A program made the position numbers and the translations under genes. This document shows, piece after piece, positions 49,048-59,400 of a stretch of DNA of 64,000 nt. The DNA comes from an uncultured Parcubacteria group bacterium (lineage in GTDB: Bacteria > Patescibacteriota > Patescibacteriia > UBA9934 > CAMTUG01), in NCBI GenBank assembly GCA_947084965.1, contig CAMTUG010000002.1, forward strand, positions 79,434 to 143,433, written 5' to 3'. The number at the start of each line of letters is the position of its first letter. Position 1 is the stretch's first letter. The notes under the pieces are model-generated. The model saw nothing but the letters and a program-made list of their open reading frames with translations. It searched no databases and was not told the DNA's origin.

Positions 49048-49164
49048 CGGCCCTCTGGCAATCCCGCCAGATGTGTCGACCGGATTGGGAACGGGGTTTT
49101 CCGTTGCCCTTTTCGCTCGGCCCTTACACCGTTTGGATGCAATAGGCCAAACGCTGGAGGTCTC

Positions 49165-50394
49165 GTGTTTCTGCCCACTTGGATCCCCTGGTGGATCGGC
49201 TTTCTGCAGCCGGCTTCGAAGCTGCAGCGCATGATGGAAGCGTGTTCCATCGTCATCATGGCCGTGTTCACGGCCTGGTGCGTCATCAACAACGTGGAGC
49301 CCACGGTCACCGAGCAGGACCAGGCCCGTCGCGACGCGGACGTCATCGCCGTCCAGTACGAGGCCCGCTGCAGCATTTACACCCTCGCCGAGATGGGCTC
49401 TTGGCCGTCCAAGCCGTGGACGAAGGCCAAGAACATGTGGGGCAGCAACCCCGGGTGTGGCGCCCTCGGCCAGAACTTCCTCCACTTCTTCACCAAGGGC
49501 TACCCCGACGGTGGGGGACGTTCGCCGGCCGTCTTCTGGTGGAACAACGATCGCCCGGCGGTCGCGCTCTACCAGGAGTGGTGGAAGGAGCGTGAGCGGC
49601 ACTACGAGCGGGAATGGGACAAGAAGGAAAAGGCCGAGCTCGCCAAGGCGGACGCCGCGTTCGAAGCGGCGCTCGTGAAGGCCGACGAGAGTGAGCGGTT
49701 TCAGCTCGTGCTCATCGAGACCGCCAAGCGCACCGTCGGCTGGTGGGTCGGCGGGCTCGTCGTGATCGCCATGATCGTGGGGTGCATCTACGGGTGGCTT
49801 CGCATGATCAACCACCGCTTCATCACGCACTGCGGTGTCTGGGCTGGCGGCGACTGCCTGGCCGAGGTGGTGATCCCGCGCTACCCGTTCGGGCGGCCGA
49901 AGATCACCGGTCGCTTCGACAAGGCCTGGAGGGCGGTCGTCAACTTCCGCGGCCAGACGGTGCTCGCCGACCGCCTGGGCAACCGGGTCGTCATCGGAGA
50001 GAACGGCACCTCCACGACGATCAACATGATCCTGCACCCGAGCCTCCCCGCCTACCTGAAGGCGGTCGTCAATCAGTCCAGCACCCAGGCGGTGACCATC
50101 CGTCAGCAGGGGGAGCAGATCGCCCAGCTCGAGGCGGCGGCGCAGAAGCAGAAGCAGTGGATCGACTGGTACCGCGATGAGATCCGGGCGCGCAACCGCC
50201 TGCTCGTCCTCGCCATCGAAGGGATGCGGAAGTCGAAGGACTTCCAGCGTCTCGGCGTGGTCCAGACGATGCGCGAGCGCCTGCTCGAGCGGATGCGCGA
50301 AGAGCTCAAGGACGACAAGGAGCTCTGGGCCGCGATCGGGGAGCGCGAGGAGGAAGAGGGGCTGTCCGTCAAGCCCCCGACCGAAGACAACTAG
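49165..50394 (+). CDS. GC-rich hypothetical membrane-anchored protein (GTG start after GGAGG)
   Basis: ctggaggtctcGTG; N-terminal hydrophobic segments, central TM, C-terminal coiled coil; visibly GC-rich; ORF-track start 49036 lies in the 5' UTR. Confidence 0.5.
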   Translation: MFLPTWIPWWIGFLQPASKLQRMMEACSIVIMAVFTAWCVINNVEPTVTEQDQARRDADVIAVQYEARCSIYTLAEMGSWPSKPWTKAKNMWGSNPGCGALGQNFLHFFTKGYPDGGGRSPAVFWWNNDRPAVALYQEWWKERERHYEREWDKKEKAELAKADAAFEAALVKADESERFQLVLIETAKRTVGWWVGGLVVIAMIVGCIYGWLRMINHRFITHCGVWAGGDCLAEVVIPRYPFGRPKITGRFDKAWRAVVNFRGQTVLADRLGNRVVIGENGTSTTINMILHPSLPAYLKAVVNQSSTQAVTIRQQGEQIAQLEAAAQKQKQWIDWYRDEIRARNRLLVLAIEGMRKSKDFQRLGVVQTMRERLLERMREELKDDKELWAAIGEREEEEGLSVKPPTEDN

Positions 50395-50430
50395 GCGACC
50401 GTACGGGTCGCCCCTAGACCGACCATCCCC

Positions 50431-50480
50431 AAGCAGCGATCATCCTCGTCGCTACTCCTCGGGGGTGGTCGTTTGCATTT
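50431..50480 (+). repeat. Conserved 3' element (reverse-complement match to 10241-10290)
   Basis: aagcagcgatcatcctcgtcgctactcctcgggggtggtcgtttgcattt. Confidence 0.5.
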
Positions 50481-50647
50481 TTAGGATCGGCCGCGAAATT
50501 CGTGATCTTTCGGCTTGCGGGCCCCTGCCACCTCTTCGGCGTACGTTTTTGGTACGCCTCAGAGGATGGCATCCCGCGCGCCGAAATCTCATCGAATTTG
50601 GCGACCGATCGGCTAGGAAGTGAAGGTGCTTGAAAATTAAACTGTCG

Positions 50648-50718
50648 CAAAGTGGAAGTACACAGGGTTCATTTTGTACTAACTTTAGTAAAAACTGATG
50701 TCTGTGTACTTCCACTTT
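50648..50718. repeat. 18-bp perfect inverted repeat with ~32-nt AT-rich loop upstream of rpsU
   Basis: caaagtggaagtacacag ... ctgtgtacttccactttg. Confidence 0.4.
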
Positions 50719-50885
50719 GGGGAAGTTGTATTTTTGAGGCGCTCAACCTTTAAAGGCCATGAATTAACCACGCGGCCGGAGCCTGCGACTACTGTGAATT
50801 ATCTCTATTATAAGGGACCCTCCGTCCCTATTGACCTTTTTAAACCTAATTGATACTCTTTTCGCACTCGAAAGAGATGAAATAT

Positions 50886-51134
50886 ATGGCAGTAGATATC
50901 AAACGCAAAAAAGGGGAGAGTTTTGAAGCGATGTTGCGTCGCTTTACCCAGCGCGTGCAATCGAGCGGCACGATCCTGGAAGTAAAGAAGCGCAAGCATC
51001 ACACCAAAAAGCCGACCAAGATCAAGCTCAAGACGAGCGCCTTGGCCCGCCTCGCCGCCAAGGAGAAGCGTGATTACCTCGAAAAAGCCGGTTTGCTGGT
51101 CGAGGACAAGAAAAAGAAATTCGGTCGCCGTTAG
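50886..51134 (+). CDS. rpsU: 30S ribosomal protein S21
   Basis: MAVDIKRKKGESFEAMLRRFTQRVQSSGTILEVKKRKHHTKKPTK. Confidence 0.85.
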   Translation: MAVDIKRKKGESFEAMLRRFTQRVQSSGTILEVKKRKHHTKKPTKIKLKTSALARLAAKEKRDYLEKAGLLVEDKKKKFGRR

Positions 51135-51205
51135 AGAAAAAGCTCGCTGGTTTCCCAGCGAGCTTTTCGTTTGCTATAATTGCCAAGAAATAATCCACAA
51201 CTTGT

Positions 51206-51646
51206 ATGTCACTGCTATCTCGTATTGAGGAAGATGTAAAGACCGCGATGAAGGAGAAAAAGGAGGACGCACTTTCGACGTTGCGCATGATCCGCTCTGC
51301 CCTCAAGAATAAACAGATCGACTTGATGCGTGACCTGGAAGATGAGGATGTCATCACGGTTTTGCAATCGCAGATGAAGCAACTCGGGGAAGCGCTCGAT
51401 TCGGCGCTAAAAGCCGGACGCACAGAACTGGAAGAGCGCGCCAAAGCCGAGATGGAACTTCTCAAGGCGTATCTCCCGGCCGAGATGAGTGATGAAGATC
51501 TGCAAGCCGCGATCCAAGAGGTCTTGGCCGACGCCAAAGATCTCGGCAACGACATGGGCAAGGTGATGGGGCTTGTGATGCAGAAGGTCAAAGGCCGGGC
51601 CGGTGGACAACGCGTTCGTGAAAAAGTCGCGCAGATGTTAAAATAG
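51206..51646 (+). CDS. yqeY: GatB/YqeY-domain protein
   Basis: MSLLSRIEEDVKTAMKEKKEDALSTLRMIRSALKNKQID; conserved rpsU-yqeY pairing. Confidence 0.8.
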   Translation: MSLLSRIEEDVKTAMKEKKEDALSTLRMIRSALKNKQIDLMRDLEDEDVITVLQSQMKQLGEALDSALKAGRTELEERAKAEMELLKAYLPAEMSDEDLQAAIQEVLADAKDLGNDMGKVMGLVMQKVKGRAGGQRVREKVAQMLK

Positions 51647-51652
51647 ACAGGC

Positions 51653-53494
51653 ATGAAGTTTGTCGCATCACTTTTTGTTGCGCTGACGTTAATTGCCACA
51701 CCGATATTTGTCGCGCTCGCCCAGCAGGAAGGGCTCGATACGGTTGGTACAGCGTCAGGACTTGGGAACCAGGATCTGCTGGTGACCATTGGTCGTGTAG
51801 TTCAAGTATTCCTTGGACTTCTTGGTGTTATCTTCCTGTTGCTGACGATCTACGCCGGCTACCTTTGGATGACGTCGCAAGGGGATGAAGAGAAAGTTCA
51901 GAAGGCGATCAACATCATTAAATCGGCGACGATCGGGTTGATCATCTGTCTGGCCGCGTTCGCGATCGCTACGTGGATCGTGAATGCGCTCATCGCAGCG
52001 ACAGGGCTCGGTTCCGACACTACGGACGACAGCGCAACGCCAACCCCGTTCTCGGACGCTCTCGGAAGCGGTGGTATTGAAGATCATTATCCGCCACGCA
52101 ACGGAACGGATATCGCCCGTAATACAAAAATTATCGTCACGTTTAAAGAAGAGGTTTATATCCCTTCACTGATTGTTGATTACGATACAGGGGCGGATGC
52201 GTCAGATGTGAGCGATGACACCGCTCCAGCCGTCGCTTATTTGAACACAGATAATGTGACGATCTCCTGTGTTGATCCGACCACAGCAGAGGAGACGGAT
52301 CTTACTTCAACGGAAGTGACCGTGGCCTTTACGGAAGATTTACAAACATTCGTGTTCGATCCGCCCGTTCTCGGTTCGTCTGTTTATGAAACGACATGCA
52401 CCGTTGCTCTTGGTCCGGGTATCTTAGAAGCGGATGGAGCGAATGTCTTCACCGGTTCAAGCGCGGAAGGTTACCAATGGTCATTCACGGTTTCGACCGA
52501 GATCGATACCACTCCGCCGACGATTCGTAGCATCTACCCAACAGAAGGGGCGACAGACGCACGCAATGTCTTAGTGCAGATCGTCTTTTCCGAGGCTGTG
52601 GATCCAACAACGACATCTGGAACGTATGACCTGACAGAGGGCGGATTCACCAACATCCAGGTTCAGTCTGACGAAGACGAAACAGGCACCTACAGCCCAG
52701 TTGCCGGAACATTCGTCATTTCGAGCGGATACACGGTCGTTGAATTTACCTCCGCCGACGCTTGTGGGACGAATTCTTGTGGAGAGACGATCTATTGTTT
52801 GCCTGGGCCGAGTGCTACAGAAGCAACAGAAGAAATTCAACTTGAAATTCAGGCCGCTGACCTCGGAGATTCTCCTCCAGAGGCGGCCACACCGTATACG
52901 GGCGTCGTTGATGTGGCGGGGAATTCCCTTGATGGAAACGACGACGGCACAGCCGGGGATGATGCACGTTCAGATTTTTCTGTCACGGATGAAATCGTTT
53001 TGGCCGGACCTGAGCTGACCGATATCTCACCAAATCCTGTTGAGGAAGATGTCGACGTGGATGCAGATCTGACCTTTATTTGGGATACGATCATGCGTTC
53101 AAGCACACTGACCAACAGCAACATCAGTTTGTACGCTTACCCCGATCACGAATTGTATTACGTCGCTCGCAACAGTTCGTACGACAGTAGTGGGGTGGAA
53201 GTGACAGCAACGACCCAAACCCCGGATCACACCGTGACGGAGATGAGTCATGGGACGTTTGTCGAATCGATTGAAGATGATCCATCAACAGCGGCGGATG
53301 AATCGACCTCACAACTGTATGCTCCATTACTCCCGGACGCAGTGCAGAGCATCTATCAAAACTGTTTCTACCCAGCGGTGGGGCCAGGGGCGAGCGAGAC
53401 GACTTCGTGTGATGGTACGGCCAACAATCCGTACTGCTGCGATGGAGTAGAAGCTGACGCTCCGTTTAACGCCACGACATTCTCATGTCCTTAA
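51653..53494 (+). CDS. Secreted/membrane-anchored protein: signal peptide + two-helix pilin-like (TrbC/VirB2-like) module + Ig-like domains + Cys-rich C-terminus
   Basis: MKFVASLFVALTLIATPIFVALAQ ... LLGVIFLLLTIYAGYLWMTSQGDEEKVQKAINIIKSATIGLIICLAAFAIATWIV; same module as the next gene. Confidence 0.7.
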   Translation: MKFVASLFVALTLIATPIFVALAQQEGLDTVGTASGLGNQDLLVTIGRVVQVFLGLLGVIFLLLTIYAGYLWMTSQGDEEKVQKAINIIKSATIGLIICLAAFAIATWIVNALIAATGLGSDTTDDSATPTPFSDALGSGGIEDHYPPRNGTDIARNTKIIVTFKEEVYIPSLIVDYDTGADASDVSDDTAPAVAYLNTDNVTISCVDPTTAEETDLTSTEVTVAFTEDLQTFVFDPPVLGSSVYETTCTVALGPGILEADGANVFTGSSAEGYQWSFTVSTEIDTTPPTIRSIYPTEGATDARNVLVQIVFSEAVDPTTTSGTYDLTEGGFTNIQVQSDEDETGTYSPVAGTFVISSGYTVVEFTSADACGTNSCGETIYCLPGPSATEATEEIQLEIQAADLGDSPPEAATPYTGVVDVAGNSLDGNDDGTAGDDARSDFSVTDEIVLAGPELTDISPNPVEEDVDVDADLTFIWDTIMRSSTLTNSNISLYAYPDHELYYVARNSSYDSSGVEVTATTQTPDHTVTEMSHGTFVESIEDDPSTAADESTSQLYAPLLPDAVQSIYQNCFYPAVGPGASETTSCDGTANNPYCCDGVEADAPFNATTFSCP

Positions 53495-56400
53495 AACGTT
53501 TCATCCTGAGTTTCGTGATCGCCCTCGCTGCCGTGGGATTCTTTGCTCTGCCAGCCCTTGCCCAGATCGATACAGGGATTGAAGAGGGGAGTGCATTCCA
53601 ACAAGCGCTCGGGCTTGGCACGGCCGATCCTAAGATTATTGTGGCGAACGTGATCCGTGCCGCCCTCGGACTGCTCGGTGTTGTTGCGGTCTGTCTGTTC
53701 ATCTACGCCGGCTTTTTGTGGATGACGAGCGGCGGAAGCGAAGAAAAAGTTGATCGGGCGCGCAAGATGCTGATCAACGCCACGGTCGGGTTAACGATTA
53801 TTTTGGCTTCATTTGCCATTACGCAGTTTGTCCTTTCGCGTCTGCTTTCAGCCACTGGAGTCGGCGGCTCTGATATTACCGGTGGAGGAGGCACGTCTGG
53901 TGGGGCACCGGCTTCCACCGACGCGGTGTTTGTGATTGAAAGCGCTTCACCGCAAGGCGAGCAGACGATCAAAAACTTAACGGTCCGTCTGACCTTTAAC
54001 AAAGACGTTGACGGGGACACGGTGAGTGCGATCACGATTACACCAGATGGATCTTCGACGCCGGTTGAGGGGACGTATGCGGTCAACGGTGATCGTGTGA
54101 CCTTCACCCCGAGTCTCGCCTGTGAAGAAGCGCCGAGCGAAAACTGTTTTGCGGAAAATACGTTGTACACGATCGAGCTGGGTTCAGGGCTGAAGAGTGA
54201 GTCCGGCCTGACGATCTCTTGTGGTGGACTGTATGACGCCTGTGAGTACGAATTTACTTCTGGGGAGCTTGTTGATACCACAGATCCCGAAGTTGAGATC
54301 ACCTACCCGGAAGACGGCGATTCCGTTTCTGTTGATGCGTACGTTCCGCTTCAAGCGCTCGTCACGGATGATGCCGGAGTTTCTTTGGTTGAATTTTACG
54401 TGGACGGTGTGTTGGTTGATACCGATCAACCGGACGGCGACACCCCGACCGAATTTATCGCTGAAATCGAATGGGACACCGCGGCGATCGAAGAGGGCAG
54501 TGAGCATGAGATTTATGCGATCGCCTACGATGTGAACGCGCATGATGCGGATTCGGATGCGATTGAAGTGACCGTACGTGCCGCGCACTGTTTTAATGGA
54601 GAGACAGATGAAGATGAAACGGGGGAAGATTGCGGCGGCGAAGATTGTGGTTCCTGTGGCGGTGATGCGTGTGTCGAAGATAGTGATTGTCAAAGCGGAG
54701 TCTGTGAAGACGGTTCTTGCGTCGATGCCCCAGAAATTACAGGCGTTTCTCCGGCGGACGGCGCTCCGGGCACCTACGTTACGATTTCTGGAAATAATTT
54801 TGGGAGCAGCACTGGCACGGTGTTGTTTGGAGACGTTGAGGCCGAACTTGCTGACTGTAACGACCCGTGGGATACGGATCAGGTCATTGTTGTCGTTCCG
54901 GAAGGGGTGAGCGAGGGGGAACTTTATACTATTACGCTCACAACCGCAGGTGGTCATAGCGATAGTACGGATGATGACAACGGTACGTTGATTGATGATT
55001 TTGAAGTGACTTCGGTTGTCCGTCCGGGGATCTGTCAGTTGGATCCGGATTTTGGTGAGGTCACAGACCCGACAGATGTATTGGGGGTAAATTTTGGCGA
55101 TGCCCAGGACAGCGGGGCATTTTATTTCGGCACCGTAGAAGCTGGAGCGTACACGGATTGGGCCGACGAACTTCTTTCCGTGATCGTGCCAACGCTCGCA
55201 GCCGATGATTACGATGCTACGGTTTGGATTGATGGAGTGGAATCAAACACCGTCAACTACGAAGTGCAGGAAGCAGACACCGGTGCGGCACCTGTCATCA
55301 CCTCGATCGATCCAGAATCCGGACCGATCGATGAATACGTGACCATTGTCGGTGAAAACTTCGGTTCTTCTACTGGTTTGGTTTATTTCACAAATACGGA
55401 TACAGAAAGTGCTGATTTTGGGGTAGTGACGGCCGCCTCCACGGATTTCCCCGCCGTCTGTGTAGATGATATCTGGGGTGGCGAAGAAATCATCGTCAAA
55501 GTGCCAGAAGGTGTTGAGAGTACAACGTACTCGGTCAATGTCTATCGGTACGACAGCGTCGCTTCGGAAGGGATAGACTTCACGGTGACGGACGGTACGG
55601 CCGGTCCGGGGATCTGTGCGATCGATCCGGATTCTGGACCGTCCGGGTATGAAGGGGTGACGATCTCGGGTGAAGGATTTGGGGACGATGAAGGCACAGT
55701 CACGTTTGCTGACGGTCAGTCAGCGAGCGTCACTACCTGGGAAGACGGAGAAATTGTGGTCGATGTGCCGGAGGCGGCAGTGACGGGCTATGTAACGGTC
55801 ACGGATACCTCAGATGATGAATCCAACGGTACGCTTTTTGGCATCGGCGACTGTAACGAAGTTGATCTTTGTGATGCGAACACCCAGCAGTGTTGTTCTA
55901 CAGGGGTGTGTGTTGCTTCAACGGGCAGCTGTCCGGAAGAAACGGTGATTGATGCGTCGTATGCCTGGCGGTTTTCAACTGGGCCGATTCCGACGGTGCC
56001 GGGGATCGAGGTGGAATGCTCGGACGACATGATCAGTCCGACCCCTTGGGACGGACGCTCTGGTGGTGATGCGGTTTGTGTCAATGCCGCCCTTTCGGCA
56101 ACCTTCGACACGACGATGGATCAGGATAGCTTTACCTCAACGACGATCTTGTTGAATAAATGCACCGGCCCATCCGACGACCCTTGTTCATCTGTGGAAT
56201 CGGTTACTCTCGACACGATCGATACAACAAGCGTCAGCTTTACGGTCGCGCCTGCCTCGGTTCTCGACGTCTCCTCGACCTACCTGATCACATTAACGAG
56301 TGGGATCACTTCGTATAATGGAACGGCGATCGAGGAAACAGCCTGGACATTTGGGACCTCCTCGAGCGCGGAAATTTGCGATATCGAAGGGGTGAACATC

Positions 56401-59400
56401 ACCCCGAGCAGCCAAACGATCGAAGAGGAAGATGGGACGGCGAATTTCAACGCCCAAGCGGTCGCGGCGGACGAGTGTGTCATCCTTGATTCCGGCGCCT
56501 ACGCTTGGAATTGGGAGACAGACGAGACGTATGCCACGCTGACAACCGCAGCCGATGCGGATTGCACCGGCGAGCCGTCTTCTTGTCAGAGTGCGCTGGC
56601 GGTCCAAGAGGGTACGTCTTACATGTTGGTCGAAGAAAACACCCAGGGGGTGGACGATGATGCCGACCTGCTGATTAATTTTACTAATCCGTACATCGTG
56701 AGTTACGAACCTTCTTGCGGTGAAGGGGGAACGGCCTGTATCAACGCCGGGATTTACGTCACCTTTAATACGGAGATGGACGAAAGTTCTATCACGAGCC
56801 CTGGGCGGGTCGTGGTGTATCCGTGTACGGATGAAATTTGCGCTGCCTATACGGATGCCGACGGGATCGAACTTTCCATTGATCTCGATGACGATGATCC
56901 AACACAGCTCTCCATCATCCCAACCAGCTACTTCACGTCGACAACGTATTACGAAGTTATCCTGTCCGGGGACATTGCTTCTGAGAGTGGGGTGTTGATG
57001 TCGGAAACGTACGACGGTGATTTCTCCTGGACGTTTTTGACTAAAGCAGACGACACACTTTGCGCTGTTGATCGTGTTGCCTTGGATCCAGGTTCGGCGA
57101 CCGTTGATTACGTCGGGGCGACAGCGGTTTTTGAATCGCGCGCTTATGGTTTGCCAGACGCCTGTTCTTCGGAAGGTCAACAGCTTGTCGGTACGAGCTA
57201 TGACTGGGCGTGGGTGAGCGACAACACAGCTGTTGCCACACTCTACAGCGATGGTGCAGTCGAAGTGGCTACGGACGAAATTCCTGACGGGTGTACAACG
57301 TCTTGCTTACCAGAAGGGACGCAAAGCTACACCGCCATTTGCGGCGAAGACGCAGACGGTGATGGGAGCTTGCTCGATTCGGGTGAGGATTGTGATGACG
57401 GAAACGCTGAAGACGGTGATGGATGTTCTTCGCAGTGCTTGAACGAGGGGACGACGGCCTGCACTTCTGCGACCGACCCGTCCTGCTGTGGAAATGGTAC
57501 GGTCGATGCGGCTGAGGAGTGCGATGATGGCGGGAGTAGGAGTGGTGACGGTTGTTCCGCAAGCTGTCTCAATGAAGGATCACGGTCCGTTGGTTTGAGC
57601 TGCACGGACAACGTTTTGACACACTACGACACCGTCGGGACAACGACCTGGGCCGGAGGGGAAGAGTGCAATGACGAAGATGATGGCTGTTCAAGTGTAT
57701 GCTTGAACGAGGGGTCGCCGTCGAACTTGGATTTGGTCGGTGTGTGTGGTAACGGTGTCGTGGAAAGTCCGGCAGAAGAGTGCGATGGCGGGGCTCGCTG
57801 TTCCGACACCTGTCTGTTTGAAGGGAATACCACGGCCTGCAGTGCAACCGTTACCACGAATTGTTGTGGCAATAGCACGACTGAATCTTCTGCTTTTGAA
57901 TCTTGTGACGACGGAAATACCACCAGTGGCGACGGCTGCTCAAATCTTTGTCTGCTGGAGGGAAGTTCCGCACTCTATACCACCCCAAGTTTCTGCGCGG
58001 ATGCCACAGTGGGGTTGGGCGAAGCTAGTGCTTGCGAAGTATCAACCAGCGATTTAGACGGGAACGTTGAACCGATTCAGGTGGCGATCATCGCCACGAC
58101 CGCTCCGGCAGAAGTGGTTGACGGAGTGGCGACGTCCACGATTGAGGCAACGACCGAAGGGGAGACCGGCGAGGCAGCGTTTAATCTTTCCTGTTCCTGT
58201 ACGGTGGACAGTGACTGTTCCGACTCGACGACGCTCGGCTGCGGAACGGGTGGATGTTGTTACGTCCGACCAACAGTAACCGACTACACCCCTTCAACAA
58301 CGGATGCCTGTCGCAACACGTTGATCTCTTTTACCTTTGATGCCGAAATGAACATCAACACCTTTGCTGAAAATGTTTCGGTCGAACTTGAGTTGGATGC
58401 TGATGAAACCTGTCCGTATGATGGGTCGACGGCCCGCGCGAACGGGAGCTGGTTCTCGCGTCTGTGGAACACGGTCACCGATTTCTTCACCGGATTTGTT
58501 CTGCCGGCAGATGCGCAATCATCCGTTTGCGAACTTCCTTTCACCTTCAGTGTCTCTGACGATGCGGGCGGACAACGCGTATCCTTGATCTATACGGAAT
58601 TACTGGAAGCGAGTCATGATTACACCGTGACGATCACCGGTGATCCAGATCACGACGGTTCTGGTGTTCGCTCGGCCGACGGGGTCGGTATGCAAGCGGA
58701 TTACACCTTCACCGCTGAAATCGGCGAGGACGTCTGCTCATTTGATGCGGTGAGAGTTGAGGATGAAGACGAAGATTCTCCAGGGCTCTTCACAGAGACG
58801 AATGAAGAGCACAGCTATCATGCTACAGCGATCACCACGACCGGAGGTGTGGAAGAAGAACTCTCTTCAATCCCAGGGGTTTACGAATGGGATTGGACGC
58901 AAACGTGGTGGTCAACCGACACGGAGATTTTGACCGTCCCTTCGACGAGCGAAACCGATGCCGAGGGCGATGATAACGTCGTCACCGCCGTCGGAGAAAA
59001 CGGGGAAGCGGTTATTTATGCCGATGCGCTGATCACCGTCGATACGCTCTTTGGCCTGGCGGGTGAATCTGTTGCTGGATCGGTTGATGCCGTTGCTAAC
59101 TTGTGTGAAAATCCTTGGCCGGCATTGCCGACCGCCGATGAACTCGCGGCGGGCGGTACCTGGGAACCGTTTACCGATGAAGACGGCGCGGATGCGGATC
59201 CAGATGATGACGGCACAGATGAAATTGCTGAACGCGATGGCTACATGCACTTCTCGACCTATTATTGCCGTGATGATGGCGATGAAGGGGGGAGTGATGA
59301 CTTTGATTCGGCAGACGCCGTCGGTGTGACGGCTCCACCGGGTGATGTGCTCAAAGAATATCTTTTCCGTTTCAGCAACGGCGACGGTATTGGTATTCGC

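Noticed and set aside
49036-49164. ORF-track start at 49036 for the second GC-rich gene
   Set aside because: The region overlaps the -10 box and 5' UTR. GTG 49165 is preceded by GGAGG at ideal spacing, and the protein then begins with a hydrophobic segment.
49179-50623. Multiple alternative-frame ORFs (49179-49595, 49457-49678, 49743-50180, 50177-50623, 49006-50037 minus, and others) in the GC-rich cassette
   Set aside because: Arg/Pro/Gly-rich low-complexity translations are typical of off-frame reading of GC3-biased DNA. Only one frame gives protein-like sequence.
53703-54957. Minus-strand ORFs (53703-54302, 54184-54957, 56293-57180, 57569-57923 and others) inside the giant gene
   Set aside because: They are antisense to a continuous 9.9 kb ORF with clear domain content. 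Their translations are repetitive and low-complexity.
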